DNA from: Phycisphaerales bacterium | GTDB lineage: Bacteria; Planctomycetota; Phycisphaerae; UBA1845; Fen-1342 | NCBI GenBank assembly: GCA_016710275.1 | Contig: JADJXS010000001.1 | Coordinates: 2,015,449 to 2,079,448 of the forward strand | Length of the DNA stretch: 64,000 bases | Direction of reading: 5' to 3' | Shown here: positions 56,167 to 64,000 of the stretch, in pieces | How positions within the stretch are numbered: the stretch's first letter is position 1 | Layout: each line of letters opens with the position of its first letter | The notes under the pieces: generated by a model | Told to the model about the DNA's origin: nothing | The model's database searches: none | Seen by the model: only the letters and a program-made list of their open reading frames with translations | Position numbers and translations under genes: made by a program

Positions 56167-56275
56167 GCGCTGATGTGAATCAGCCGGCGCTGAGCGCTGA
56201 TGTGAATCAGCCGGCGCTGAGCGCTGATGTGAATCAGCCGGCGCTGAGCGCTGATGTGAATCAGCCGGCGCTGGG
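56157..56275. repeat. 27-bp tandem repeat, 4.4 copies (ccggcgctgagcgctgatgtgaatcag)
   Basis: Four perfect copies occupy 56157-56264, plus a partial fifth. Copy 1 contains the stop codon (56164-56166) of the PEP-CTERM gene. Confidence 0.9.
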
Positions 56276-56423
56276 CCTCAGCGGCGTTTGCGATCAAGAA
56301 TCTGAATGGCGCGCGGGTCGGCGGCATGGAACCGCCGGCCCGCGGCCGTTTTGAAGGAGGCGCGTTCGGATCGGGGCGCTATCAAAGAACGTCGGGATCG
56401 TGCCGCCCCAGGCCTCGATGTTT

Positions 56424-57542
56424 CTACGGGCAGCCGCCGTTCAAGACGCACAAGACGAACAAGTCAATGTCGAAGTTGTTCACGAGTCCATCACCGTTGA
56501 CATCAGCCAACTTGAGTCTTGTATCAAGCTTCTCCACGCTCGTCTGCGACTGCACGTTGACCGCCTCGCCGCCGATGGCGTAGATGTTCCCATCGCGGCC
56601 CAGCACAACGCTGTGAGCGGCCCGCGCAAGGTTCAGCGAAGACCATGTCGTCCATGTGGCTGCCGGATCGCGCGAATCGATGCGGCGGACGGCATTGACG
56701 TACCAGTTGTTTGCCCATCCGCCGGTCATGTAGATGTACCCGTCGGCGCCCATCACGGACTTGGAGTGGATTGGAACCGGCCCGGGCAGCGTCGCCGACG
56801 CGACCGTCCAGCCCGCGTCGGAACAGGGGTCGAGAATCTCAACCGTGTTCAGATGGCTCACGTAGCCGTCAGAGAGTCCGCCGATCGCCCAGATGCGGCC
56901 GCGCTGATCGACAACCGCCCCGGGATAAAGACGTGCCGTGTTGAGGGATTGCATTGTCTGCCACCCGAGCTGCGGCCGAGCCGGGTCATAGACCGCCGTC
57001 GAAGCGCGCGCCTCCAGCGAGTTGGGCACACTCCCGCCGATCATCCAGATGCGGCCGTAGTTGTCCACGACCGAGGCGTGTGTGATGTTCGGATACGGAA
57101 TCGGCGGCACGCTGGTTGAGTCCCATGTTTGTGTGAGGAAATCGTAGCGGTCGACTTGGAGAATCGGCTCCACATTACTCTGGCTCGCGCCCCAGCGAGC
57201 ACCGCCGATCACATACAGGTATCCGTTCGCGACCACCGCTGAGTGAAAGAAACGCTCCACCGGCAGTGTAATGCCGAGCGTCGTCCAAGAATCTGAGTAT
57301 GACGTGCCGTCAAAAGTCAGTTGCTCGATGTCGGGCAGCACGACCTGGCCGAAGGCCGCCGACACCCGCCGCATTCCGCCGATCACCAGGATGTTCCCGC
57401 ACGGATCGACCACCGTGGCGGCAAAGCCGCGCGACGCGTTCAGGGGCGGGTCGGAAGCCCACAACGCCGCCGTCGCATTCGTTGCGACCGTCGCCGCCGC
57501 CAGCAACGCAACAATCGTATTTGCTTTCTGTCTGAGAGCCAT
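56424..57542 (-). CDS. Secreted six-bladed Kelch-repeat protein with C-terminal dockerin-like EF-hand repeat
   Basis: RBS GGAGAA, ATG 57542 and a signal peptide. Six xIGG blades are present (ILVIGG, LYVIGG, IWMIGG, IWAIGG, IYMTGG, IYAIGG). The C-terminal segment is DVNGDGLVNNFDIDLFVLCVLNG. Confidence 0.75.
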   Translation of the reverse strand: MALRQKANTIVALLAAATVATNATAALWASDPPLNASRGFAATVVDPCGNILVIGGMRRVSAAFGQVVLPDIEQLTFDGTSYSDSWTTLGITLPVERFFHSAVVANGYLYVIGGARWGASQSNVEPILQVDRYDFLTQTWDSTSVPPIPYPNITHASVVDNYGRIWMIGGSVPNSLEARASTAVYDPARPQLGWQTMQSLNTARLYPGAVVDQRGRIWAIGGLSDGYVSHLNTVEILDPCSDAGWTVASATLPGPVPIHSKSVMGADGYIYMTGGWANNWYVNAVRRIDSRDPAATWTTWSSLNLARAAHSVVLGRDGNIYAIGGEAVNVQSQTSVEKLDTRLKLADVNGDGLVNNFDIDLFVLCVLNGGCP

Positions 57543-57800
57543 CGCGTTCTCCTTTTTGGATTGAGTTACGACTCTGGACCTCGCCACGACCCGCGCCGCC
57601 GCCGCCCCCCTTCATGCGGAAACGGGGCGAATGTGTCGCAACCGGGCGCCCTGGTGCGCCCAGATTTTCGGGAGCATCGGCCGCCGGCCGGTACGCACCG
57701 GCGGGGCCCCGACGCTCCCAACCTGCACTTTGAAGCACTCACACCGCGAGAACCCCCACGGATCTGGACTTTCCGCTCCCTCGGCACGTACCATGGGTCT

Positions 57801-58376
57801 ATGCCATCCGGGGCCAATACGTCGCTGACCCTGCTTCTCGAAGCTGCAAGTGCCGGAGACTCCGACGCCGCCCGGCAAGTCTGGGAGCGCGTCGAGCCTG
57901 AGCTGCACCGCATGGCCGCTGGGCAGATCGCCCGCGACGGCCTGCGGGCGGTTCTGCGGCCCACCTCGATGGTCGCCGAGGCCTACCTGCGGCTCGTCGG
58001 ACCCGCCGACGGGAACCACTGGGCCAATCACCGGCATTTCTTCGCCGCCGCTGCGGAAACTATGCGGCGTATCCGCGTCGATCGCGCACGAGTGAATAAG
58101 GCCGCCAAGCGCGGCGGCGGCGCGGCGACGCTGGCGCTGTCCGATCAGCACTGGGCGTCCGACGACGACGACGATCGAACCGACCACCTGGCCCTCGACG
58201 AGGTTCTGCCGCGGCTGCGGAAGGAGTCGCCACGGGCGGCGGAGGTCGTGAACCTGCGCTTTTACGGTGGGCACTCGCGCGAGGAGATCGCGTCGATGCT
58301 TGGAATCTCGCCGCGCACGGTGGACAACGAGTGGCGTTTCGCTAGAAGCTGGCTATTTGCCGCTCTGAGCGGCTAG
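57801..58376 (+). CDS. ECF-type sigma factor (PF07638/TIGR02999-like)
   Basis: Contains LTLLLEAASAGDSDAARQVWERV, AEAYLRLVG, HFFAAAAETMRRIRVDRAR...KRGGG, and the region 4 HTH REEIASMLGISPRTVDNEWRFARSWL. Confidence 0.8.
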   Translation: MPSGANTSLTLLLEAASAGDSDAARQVWERVEPELHRMAAGQIARDGLRAVLRPTSMVAEAYLRLVGPADGNHWANHRHFFAAAAETMRRIRVDRARVNKAAKRGGGAATLALSDQHWASDDDDDRTDHLALDEVLPRLRKESPRAAEVVNLRFYGGHSREEIASMLGISPRTVDNEWRFARSWLFAALSG

Positions 58377-58540
58377 TCCCCGTCCGATTCGAGCCGCGCA
58401 CGGGAGGAAGCGGTTTTGATTCGAGCCGCGACCGGGCAGGAGCGCGATCATCTGGCGGTAGAGCGGCGACTCCCTCACGGTCGCGGCTCGCAAGATCACC
58501 GACGCGGCTCGAAAGAGCCGGCTTGTCGCAAACGTGAATC

Positions 58541-60841
58541 ATGCCGGACGACCTGAAAACAACGCGCGACTTCTTCGACGCCGTAGCCGATCTGCCCGCC
58601 GAACAGCGGTCGGCCTATCTTGACCAGCATTGCCGCGACGCCGACCGCCGTGCTCAGGTTGAGCGGCTCCTCGCCGCTGACTCCGCCGCCGCGCAGCTTG
58701 GTTTCCTCCAGTTGCCGCCCGCACCTGACGCCGAGCTTTCGGACCGCCTTGCCTCCGCCGGTGCCGTCCTCGCCCGCGATCCGCTCCTGGGCCAGCGCAT
58801 CGGCCGCTACCATGTGAAATCGCTCCTCGGCGTCGGCGGCATGGCCCGCGTTTACGAGGCGGTTCAGGAGCAGCCGCACCGCGTTGTCGCGCTGAAGGTA
58901 ATGAACCACCGCGTCGCCTCGCGCTCCGCGCTGCGCCGCTTTCAATACGAATCGCAGGTGCTCGCACGCTTGCGCCACCCCAATATCGCCCACGTCTACG
59001 AAGCCGGCGTCGCCTCCACGGCGGGCGGCGACCTGCCCTGGTTCGCGATGGAGTACCTCCCCGGCGCCCGCCCGGTCACGCAATTCGCCGCCGAAAAGCA
59101 GCTCGACCTGCGCCACCGCCTCGAGCTCTTCATCAAGGTCTGCGACGCGGTCCACCATGGCCATCAGAAGGGTGTCATTCATCGCGACCTGAAGCCCGCC
59201 AATCTGCTGGTCGATGCGTCGGGCGAGCCGAAGGTGATCGATTTCGGCGTGGCCCGCGGCGTCGATTCCGACATCGCCGTCACCACGCAGCAGACGCACC
59301 TGGGAGAACTGGTCGGGACCATGCAGTACATGAGCCCCGAGCAGTGCGACGGCGACCCGCACGGCATCGACACGCGCAGCGACGTGTACTCGCTCGGCAT
59401 CGTGCTGTACGAGCTGCTCACCGCCCGCCCGCCCTACAACGTCGCCGACAGCACCATTTACAAGGCGGCCCGGGTCATTCGCGACGTACTGCCGGTGCCG
59501 CCCTCCACCGTTGCGGGCGTCGCTCCCCGGCTGGCCCGCCGGCTGCGCGGCGACCTGGACACGATCGTTCTCAAGGCGATTGAGAAAGACCGCGAGCGGC
59601 GCTACGCCTCGGCGGCGGCGCTGGCGGACGATTTGCGGCGGACGATGACGGGCGAGCCGATCGCGGCCCGGCGGCCGACGGCGTGGTCGCGGGTGGTGCG
59701 GTGGATCTACCGCCGACCGGCCGCGACGATGCTGACTGTGAGCACGTTTGCGAGTGCGATGATTGTGTTCGGGGGCGTACTGCTGGACTTGTACTGGAGC
59801 AGTCGTCCGTATCGGTTCGAGATCTCACCTGAGGGACATGAATTGCGAGTCGTGTTGGGCAACGGCGCGTCATACCCTGTAGCGAGGGATTGCAACGATA
59901 CGTTCCTGTTCGCCGAGATTCTCGAGCCGCGAAGTGCATCTGCGCCGAAACGACCGCTGCTGGTCGGCGTCATGGCGGCGGAGCCGGGCGCGTTCCGGCG
60001 CGGGCTGAATATCGTGGACGCCGACGGCGACGTTTCGCGTCCGCTGCGCGTGCTGACCGTCGACGCAAATCTCCTGCCCGATGTGTTGCGGAAACGGGAG
60101 ACGGAGTTGGGGCAGAGTTTCGCGCCGAGCACTTTCGGTGCGGAGCACCTCCTGGTCGCTGACACCTTCAGTGAGTTTCCAGGCGATGAAATCGTCGTCG
60201 CGTTCAGGCACGTGTTCTACACGCAGACGATGATCGCCATTTTCGACCGCGATTGGCAGCAGCGGTTCGCCGTATGGGCTGACATGGATTTGGATGCGCT
60301 GGCCTGGCTTCCCGATGCGCGCCAGCTTGTGATCCTCGGCAGCAACGGGCAGTACTTCCTGCATGAACGCGACTTGGAGCACGTGGCCAGCTTCAATCAC
60401 CCCCAGGTCGTGTTTGCCATCGAACCTGGGCTTGGAGTTCAGCTAAGCGAATACGTCCGGCAGGAGCCGTCCGAGCGGCCCGGTGCGCACGAGTGCCTGC
60501 GTCCGAAGTGGTACTGGATGCTCCCCGCCTGCGCTGCGGCCGCCAAGTATGAACTCCGCCCATCGCGAGCGTCCGACGGCGCATCACAGGTAGAAGTCGT
60601 ATTGACCTATGAGGGGGCATCACCGAGCTTCGCCTACGGCGTGTATTGGACGCTTGTGGACGGAACGCCGCAGGGCGAGCCTCGGTTTAGTGAGACCTAC
60701 AACCTGATCAAGCAGGGAGAGGTGCGCGCCTGGGGAGACACTCCTGTTCCGTCCAAGTCGGAGTTTGCCTTGACCAAAGACCTTCCGCCCCTCAGCCCTG
60801 GCACCGGCCCCCGCCCTCCCGGTAGCCCCAGCCCGCCGTAG
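58541..60841 (+). CDS. Serine/threonine protein kinase with a transmembrane segment and a large uncharacterised C-terminal domain
   Basis: The N-terminal helix reads FFDAVADLPAEQRSAYLDQHC...RLLA. Kinase motifs are LGVGGMARVYEA, VALKV, HRDLKPANLLV, DFG and MSPEQ. The transmembrane segment is TMLTVSTFASAMIVFGGVLL. Confidence 0.85.
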   Translation: MPDDLKTTRDFFDAVADLPAEQRSAYLDQHCRDADRRAQVERLLAADSAAAQLGFLQLPPAPDAELSDRLASAGAVLARDPLLGQRIGRYHVKSLLGVGGMARVYEAVQEQPHRVVALKVMNHRVASRSALRRFQYESQVLARLRHPNIAHVYEAGVASTAGGDLPWFAMEYLPGARPVTQFAAEKQLDLRHRLELFIKVCDAVHHGHQKGVIHRDLKPANLLVDASGEPKVIDFGVARGVDSDIAVTTQQTHLGELVGTMQYMSPEQCDGDPHGIDTRSDVYSLGIVLYELLTARPPYNVADSTIYKAARVIRDVLPVPPSTVAGVAPRLARRLRGDLDTIVLKAIEKDRERRYASAAALADDLRRTMTGEPIAARRPTAWSRVVRWIYRRPAATMLTVSTFASAMIVFGGVLLDLYWSSRPYRFEISPEGHELRVVLGNGASYPVARDCNDTFLFAEILEPRSASAPKRPLLVGVMAAEPGAFRRGLNIVDADGDVSRPLRVLTVDANLLPDVLRKRETELGQSFAPSTFGAEHLLVADTFSEFPGDEIVVAFRHVFYTQTMIAIFDRDWQQRFAVWADMDLDALAWLPDARQLVILGSNGQYFLHERDLEHVASFNHPQVVFAIEPGLGVQLSEYVRQEPSERPGAHECLRPKWYWMLPACAAAAKYELRPSRASDGASQVEVVLTYEGASPSFAYGVYWTLVDGTPQGEPRFSETYNLIKQGEVRAWGDTPVPSKSEFALTKDLPPLSPGTGPRPPGSPSPP

Positions 60842-61009
60842 GGTTGGCCGTGTCCACTATGCGCCGCTGTCTACGTCGAGGGAAACACATCGATCCAAAC
60901 CCCGAGCGCAGGCGCATGTTCAGTTGGTGCGTGCCGTCCTGCATCGGAATGCGCGCGGCATCGGCCCGAACACAACCAGCGTCCGGCAGGTAGAAGTCCG
61001 CCAGCGATT

Positions 61010-61417
61010 CTACTCGCCGGTGAAGAGCGTCTTCTGATCGACGAAGCAGATCGGGTTGCCGAAGGGGTCCTGCGCGTAGAACGAGCGCTCGCCCCACGGC
61101 CGCGTGACAATCTCGAAGGCCGGTTCGCCGTGGATGTCGCCCGGCGGCGGCCTTCCGCCCGCAGCGCGAACCGCCGCGAGCGCCGCCTCAAGGTCGGCCA
61201 CCGCGAAGTAAACCCACTCGGGATTGGGGCGGAACTCAACTTCTTCGCCGTCGCGGGCGGGATCGAGGCAGGCCAGGATCGTGCCGCCGCAGTCGAAATA
61301 GTGGCGGCCGGGAGAGATGCGCCGGCCGGGGTCGGCGAAGATCGCGCCATAGAAGCGCGCCGCCACATTCACGTCGCGAACGGGCAGAATGACGCGATAC
61401 AGTCGGGCGTTCATCAA
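61010..61417 (-). CDS. VOC-family (glyoxalase/bleomycin-resistance/dioxygenase fold) protein
   Basis: About 135 aa, with LYRVILPVRDVNVAARFY at the N-terminus and ERSFYAQDPFGNPICF at the C-terminus. Confidence 0.7.
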   Translation of the reverse strand: MMNARLYRVILPVRDVNVAARFYGAIFADPGRRISPGRHYFDCGGTILACLDPARDGEEVEFRPNPEWVYFAVADLEAALAAVRAAGGRPPPGDIHGEPAFEIVTRPWGERSFYAQDPFGNPICFVDQKTLFTGE

Positions 61418-61431
61418 GCGGTCTCCCTCGC

Positions 61432-64000
61432 TCAGACCGCCGCGTCACGGCCCGCCGAGTCGCGGCCCGCGGCGTCGCGGCGATGCGACGCGAACATCCG
61501 GAAGAGCGCCGGCAGCACCAGCAGCGTCAGCAGATTATCCGCGATGACGCCGCCGATGACCACGGTCGCCAGCGGCCGTTGCACCTCGGCGCCGATGCCG
61601 GTGTTGAGCGCCATCGGCACAAAGCCCAGCGCGGCGACCAGCGCCGTCATCAGGATCGGGCGCAGGCGAATGCTGCGGGCATGCTCGATCGCCTCCTCCA
61701 TCGGCGCTCCCTCGCTCATCCGCCGGCGGATCGCCGCCACCAGCACCAGCCCGTTCAGCACGGATACGCCTGAAACCGCGACGAAGCCCACCCCCGCCGA
61801 CACGGTGAAGGGGATTTCGCGCAGCATCAGGGCCAGGATTCCACCGAGCGCGGCGAAAGGCGCTCCGGTGAAGATGATCAGCGCATCGGTCACGCTGCGC
61901 GTGCTGAGGTAGAGAAGAAACAGGATAATCGCCAGCGCCGTCGGGATGATGATGGTCAGCCGCGCGGCGGCGCGAGTCAGGTGTTCCCACTGCCCGCCGA
62001 TCTGGAAGCTGTACCCCGTCGGCGGGGCGAGTTCGGCGTCGAGGCGGCGGCGCAGCTCGGTGACGAAGCCGCCCAGGTCACGGCCGCGGACGTTGCAACT
62101 CACGATCGCGCGCCGCCGGCCGGACTCGCGGTTCACCGCCGCCGGCCCCTCCACCTGCCGCACATCCGCCAGCAGCGAAAGCGGGATGCGCTGGCCGTCG
62201 GCCGTGGAGACCAGAATCGCGGCGATGGACTCGGGCGTCGCGCGGGAGCGCTCATCGAGCCGCACGACGAGGTCAAAGCGGCGGTCGAACTCGCGGATCT
62301 GCCCGGCGTGGATGCCGCCGACGGCCTCCACCATTTCCAGCACGTGCTCGGCCGGGACTCCGTAGCGCGCGATCGCGTCCTGGTCGACGCGGATTTCGAG
62401 CACCGGCAGGCCGGTGAGCTGCTCGACCGAGACATCGGCCGCCCCGCGGACGGATTCGGCGATCTCGGCGGCGCGCAGCGACAGGCTGCGCAGCTCCGCC
62501 AGGTCGGGGCCGAAGAGCTTGATGCCGACGTCGGTGCGGATTCCGGCCAACAGCTCGTTCATTCGCATTTCGATCGGCTGCGAGAAGACGCGGTTCATGC
62601 CGGGGAAGCGGGCGATTTCGGCGTCGATGCGTTCGGTCAATTCGGCCTGCGTGCGGGCCTGCGTCCAGCGCTCGCGCGGCTGAAGCGTGATGAACAGGTC
62701 CGTGACTTCGAGGCCCATCGGGTCGGTGGAGATTTCCGCGGTTCCGGTGCGGCTCCAGACGTCGCGGATCTCGTCGGGGAATTCCTCGAGCAGCATGCGC
62801 TCAATCTGCGTGCCGACGCGCAGCGATTCGCCCAGCGAGACGCCCGAGAGGCGGATGCCGTTCATGGTGATCGCCATTTCGCCGAGCCGCGGAACGAATT
62901 CCGCCCCGAGTCGCAGCGCCATCCATCCACCCGCCGCCAGCAGCAGCACCGCGCCGGCGATGGTCAGGCCGCGAAGCCGCACCGCCGTCCGCACCGCCGG
63001 TCGCACGACCGCCTGCAGCGCACGCATCATGCGCCCCTCCTGATGCGCGGCGCGGCGGCCGAGGAAGGTGGCGCAGAGCACGGGGACCAGCGTGATCGAA
63101 AGCACCAGCGACGCGGCCAGCGCGAAGATGACGGTCAGCGCCATGGGGCGGAAGAGGCGCCCTTCGACGCCCTCGAGCAGCAGGATCGGCAGATAGACGA
63201 CCATGATGATCAGCTCGCCGAACATGGTCGGGCGGCGGACTTCGACGCAGGCGTCGCGCACGACGTCCGCGGTGGCGGCGGAGGGGGCGGCGTCGCGCAG
63301 CCGGCGCACGCTGTTCTCGACCATGATGACGGAGCTGTCCACGACGAGGCCGAAGTCGATCGCGCCGAGGCTCAGCAGACTGGCGGCAATGCCGACCTGC
63401 AGCATCGCGTTGAAGGAGCACATCATCGCGAGCGGGATTGCCAGTGCGACGATCAGCCCGGCCCGCAGGCTTCCCAGGAATGCGAACAGCACGGCGATGA
63501 CCAGCAGCGCCCCCTCGACGAGGTTCTTCCGAACCGTGGCGATGACCTGGCCGACCAGCTCGCTGCGGGCATAGAGCACCTGGATTTCGACGCCGTCGGG
63601 GAGCTCGCGGCGCACCTCGTCGATCCGTGCCAGCAGCCGCTGCGTGACGTCGTGGGCGTTCTCGCCGATCGTCATGAAGGCCAGTCCGTGGACGATCTCC
63701 CCTTCGCCGTTGGCCGTGACGCCGCCGCGGCGCAGCTCATGCCCCTCGACCACGTCCGCCACGTCCGACACGCGGATCGGCACGCCGTCGCGCGCCGCGA
63801 CCACCACGTTCCCGATCTCGCGCACGTCGCGCGTCAGGGCCACGCCCTGCACGACGTGCAGCTCGCCGCCATAGGCGATGTTCCCGCCGCCGACGCTCAC
63901 GTTGTTGCGGCGCAGCGCGTCGAGCACTTCGTCGAGCGAAAAGCCGTGCTTGACCAGCCGCACGGGATCGATCAGCACCTGGTATTGCTTGCGCAGCCCG
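61432..64000 (-). CDS. RND-family efflux transporter, CusA/CzcA (heavy-metal efflux) type; N-terminus outside window
   Basis: The ORF is open to the window edge. It shows periplasmic/transmembrane alternation with AIDFGLVVDSSVIMVEN and GVGFVAVSGVSVLNGLVLV, and a long C-terminal 12-TM architecture. Confidence 0.85.
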   Translation of the reverse strand, partial: GLRKQYQVLIDPVRLVKHGFSLDEVLDALRRNNVSVGGGNIAYGGELHVVQGVALTRDVREIGNVVVAARDGVPIRVSDVADVVEGHELRRGGVTANGEGEIVHGLAFMTIGENAHDVTQRLLARIDEVRRELPDGVEIQVLYARSELVGQVIATVRKNLVEGALLVIAVLFAFLGSLRAGLIVALAIPLAMMCSFNAMLQVGIAASLLSLGAIDFGLVVDSSVIMVENSVRRLRDAAPSAATADVVRDACVEVRRPTMFGELIIMVVYLPILLLEGVEGRLFRPMALTVIFALAASLVLSITLVPVLCATFLGRRAAHQEGRMMRALQAVVRPAVRTAVRLRGLTIAGAVLLLAAGGWMALRLGAEFVPRLGEMAITMNGIRLSGVSLGESLRVGTQIERMLLEEFPDEIRDVWSRTGTAEISTDPMGLEVTDLFITLQPRERWTQARTQAELTERIDAEIARFPGMNRVFSQPIEMRMNELLAGIRTDVGIKLFGPDLAELRSLSLRAAEIAESVRGAADVSVEQLTGLPVLEIRVDQDAIARYGVPAEHVLEMVEAVGGIHAGQIREFDRRFDLVVRLDERSRATPESIAAILVSTADGQRIPLSLLADVRQVEGPAAVNRESGRRRAIVSCNVRGRDLGGFVTELRRRLDAELAPPTGYSFQIGGQWEHLTRAAARLTIIIPTALAIILFLLYLSTRSVTDALIIFTGAPFAALGGILALMLREIPFTVSAGVGFVAVSGVSVLNGLVLVAAIRRRMSEGAPMEEAIEHARSIRLRPILMTALVAALGFVPMALNTGIGAEVQRPLATVVIGGVIADNLLTLLVLPALFRMFASHRRDAAGRDSAGRDAAV

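Overview
High-GC (~68-70%) bacterial chromosomal window. Gene content (PEP-CTERM proteins, a PF07638-type ECF sigma factor paired with a Ser/Thr kinase, Kelch/dockerin and lamin-tail surface proteins) suggests Planctomycetota (Phycisphaerae-like); this is inference only. Most of the window is housekeeping: rsmA, rsmE, queG, mnmE, cca, ispF, glnS, pgi, fbaB, an EF-G paralog, a polyprenyl synthase, mannose-1-P guanylyltransferase, larE and a VKOR-DsbA fusion. There are two tRNAs, Arg-CCG and a CAT-anticodon tRNA that looks like Ile2. Points worth a second look: (1) selD is a selenoprotein gene with an in-frame TGA and hairpins downstream, clustered with xdhC-like and mocA-like genes. (2) A decayed IS110-family element sits inside a palindromic repeat module, with an 11-bp sequence repeated exactly 1600 bp apart. 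(3) A dispersed family of hairpin modules ends in ATGCCACCC and is followed by short tandem repeats whose lengths are all multiples of 3; it occurs at three loci. (4) A 4.7-kb integrative element at the CAT tRNA is flanked by 48-bp direct repeats, and its integrase ORF reads through the att core, so excision would change the integrase C-terminus. (5) A 2184-aa RTX-like ORF begins with a complete PEP-CTERM protein followed by a second signal peptide with no stop codon between them. (6) A JAB/MPN-motif protein lies next to tRNA-Arg. (7) A low-GC ~310-nt segment downstream of mnmE ends in a strong terminator and may be an ncRNA. No CRISPR array, rRNA or recognisable multi-gene defence system was found. 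Many long ORFs in the track are antisense or out-of-frame shadows typical of high-GC DNA.
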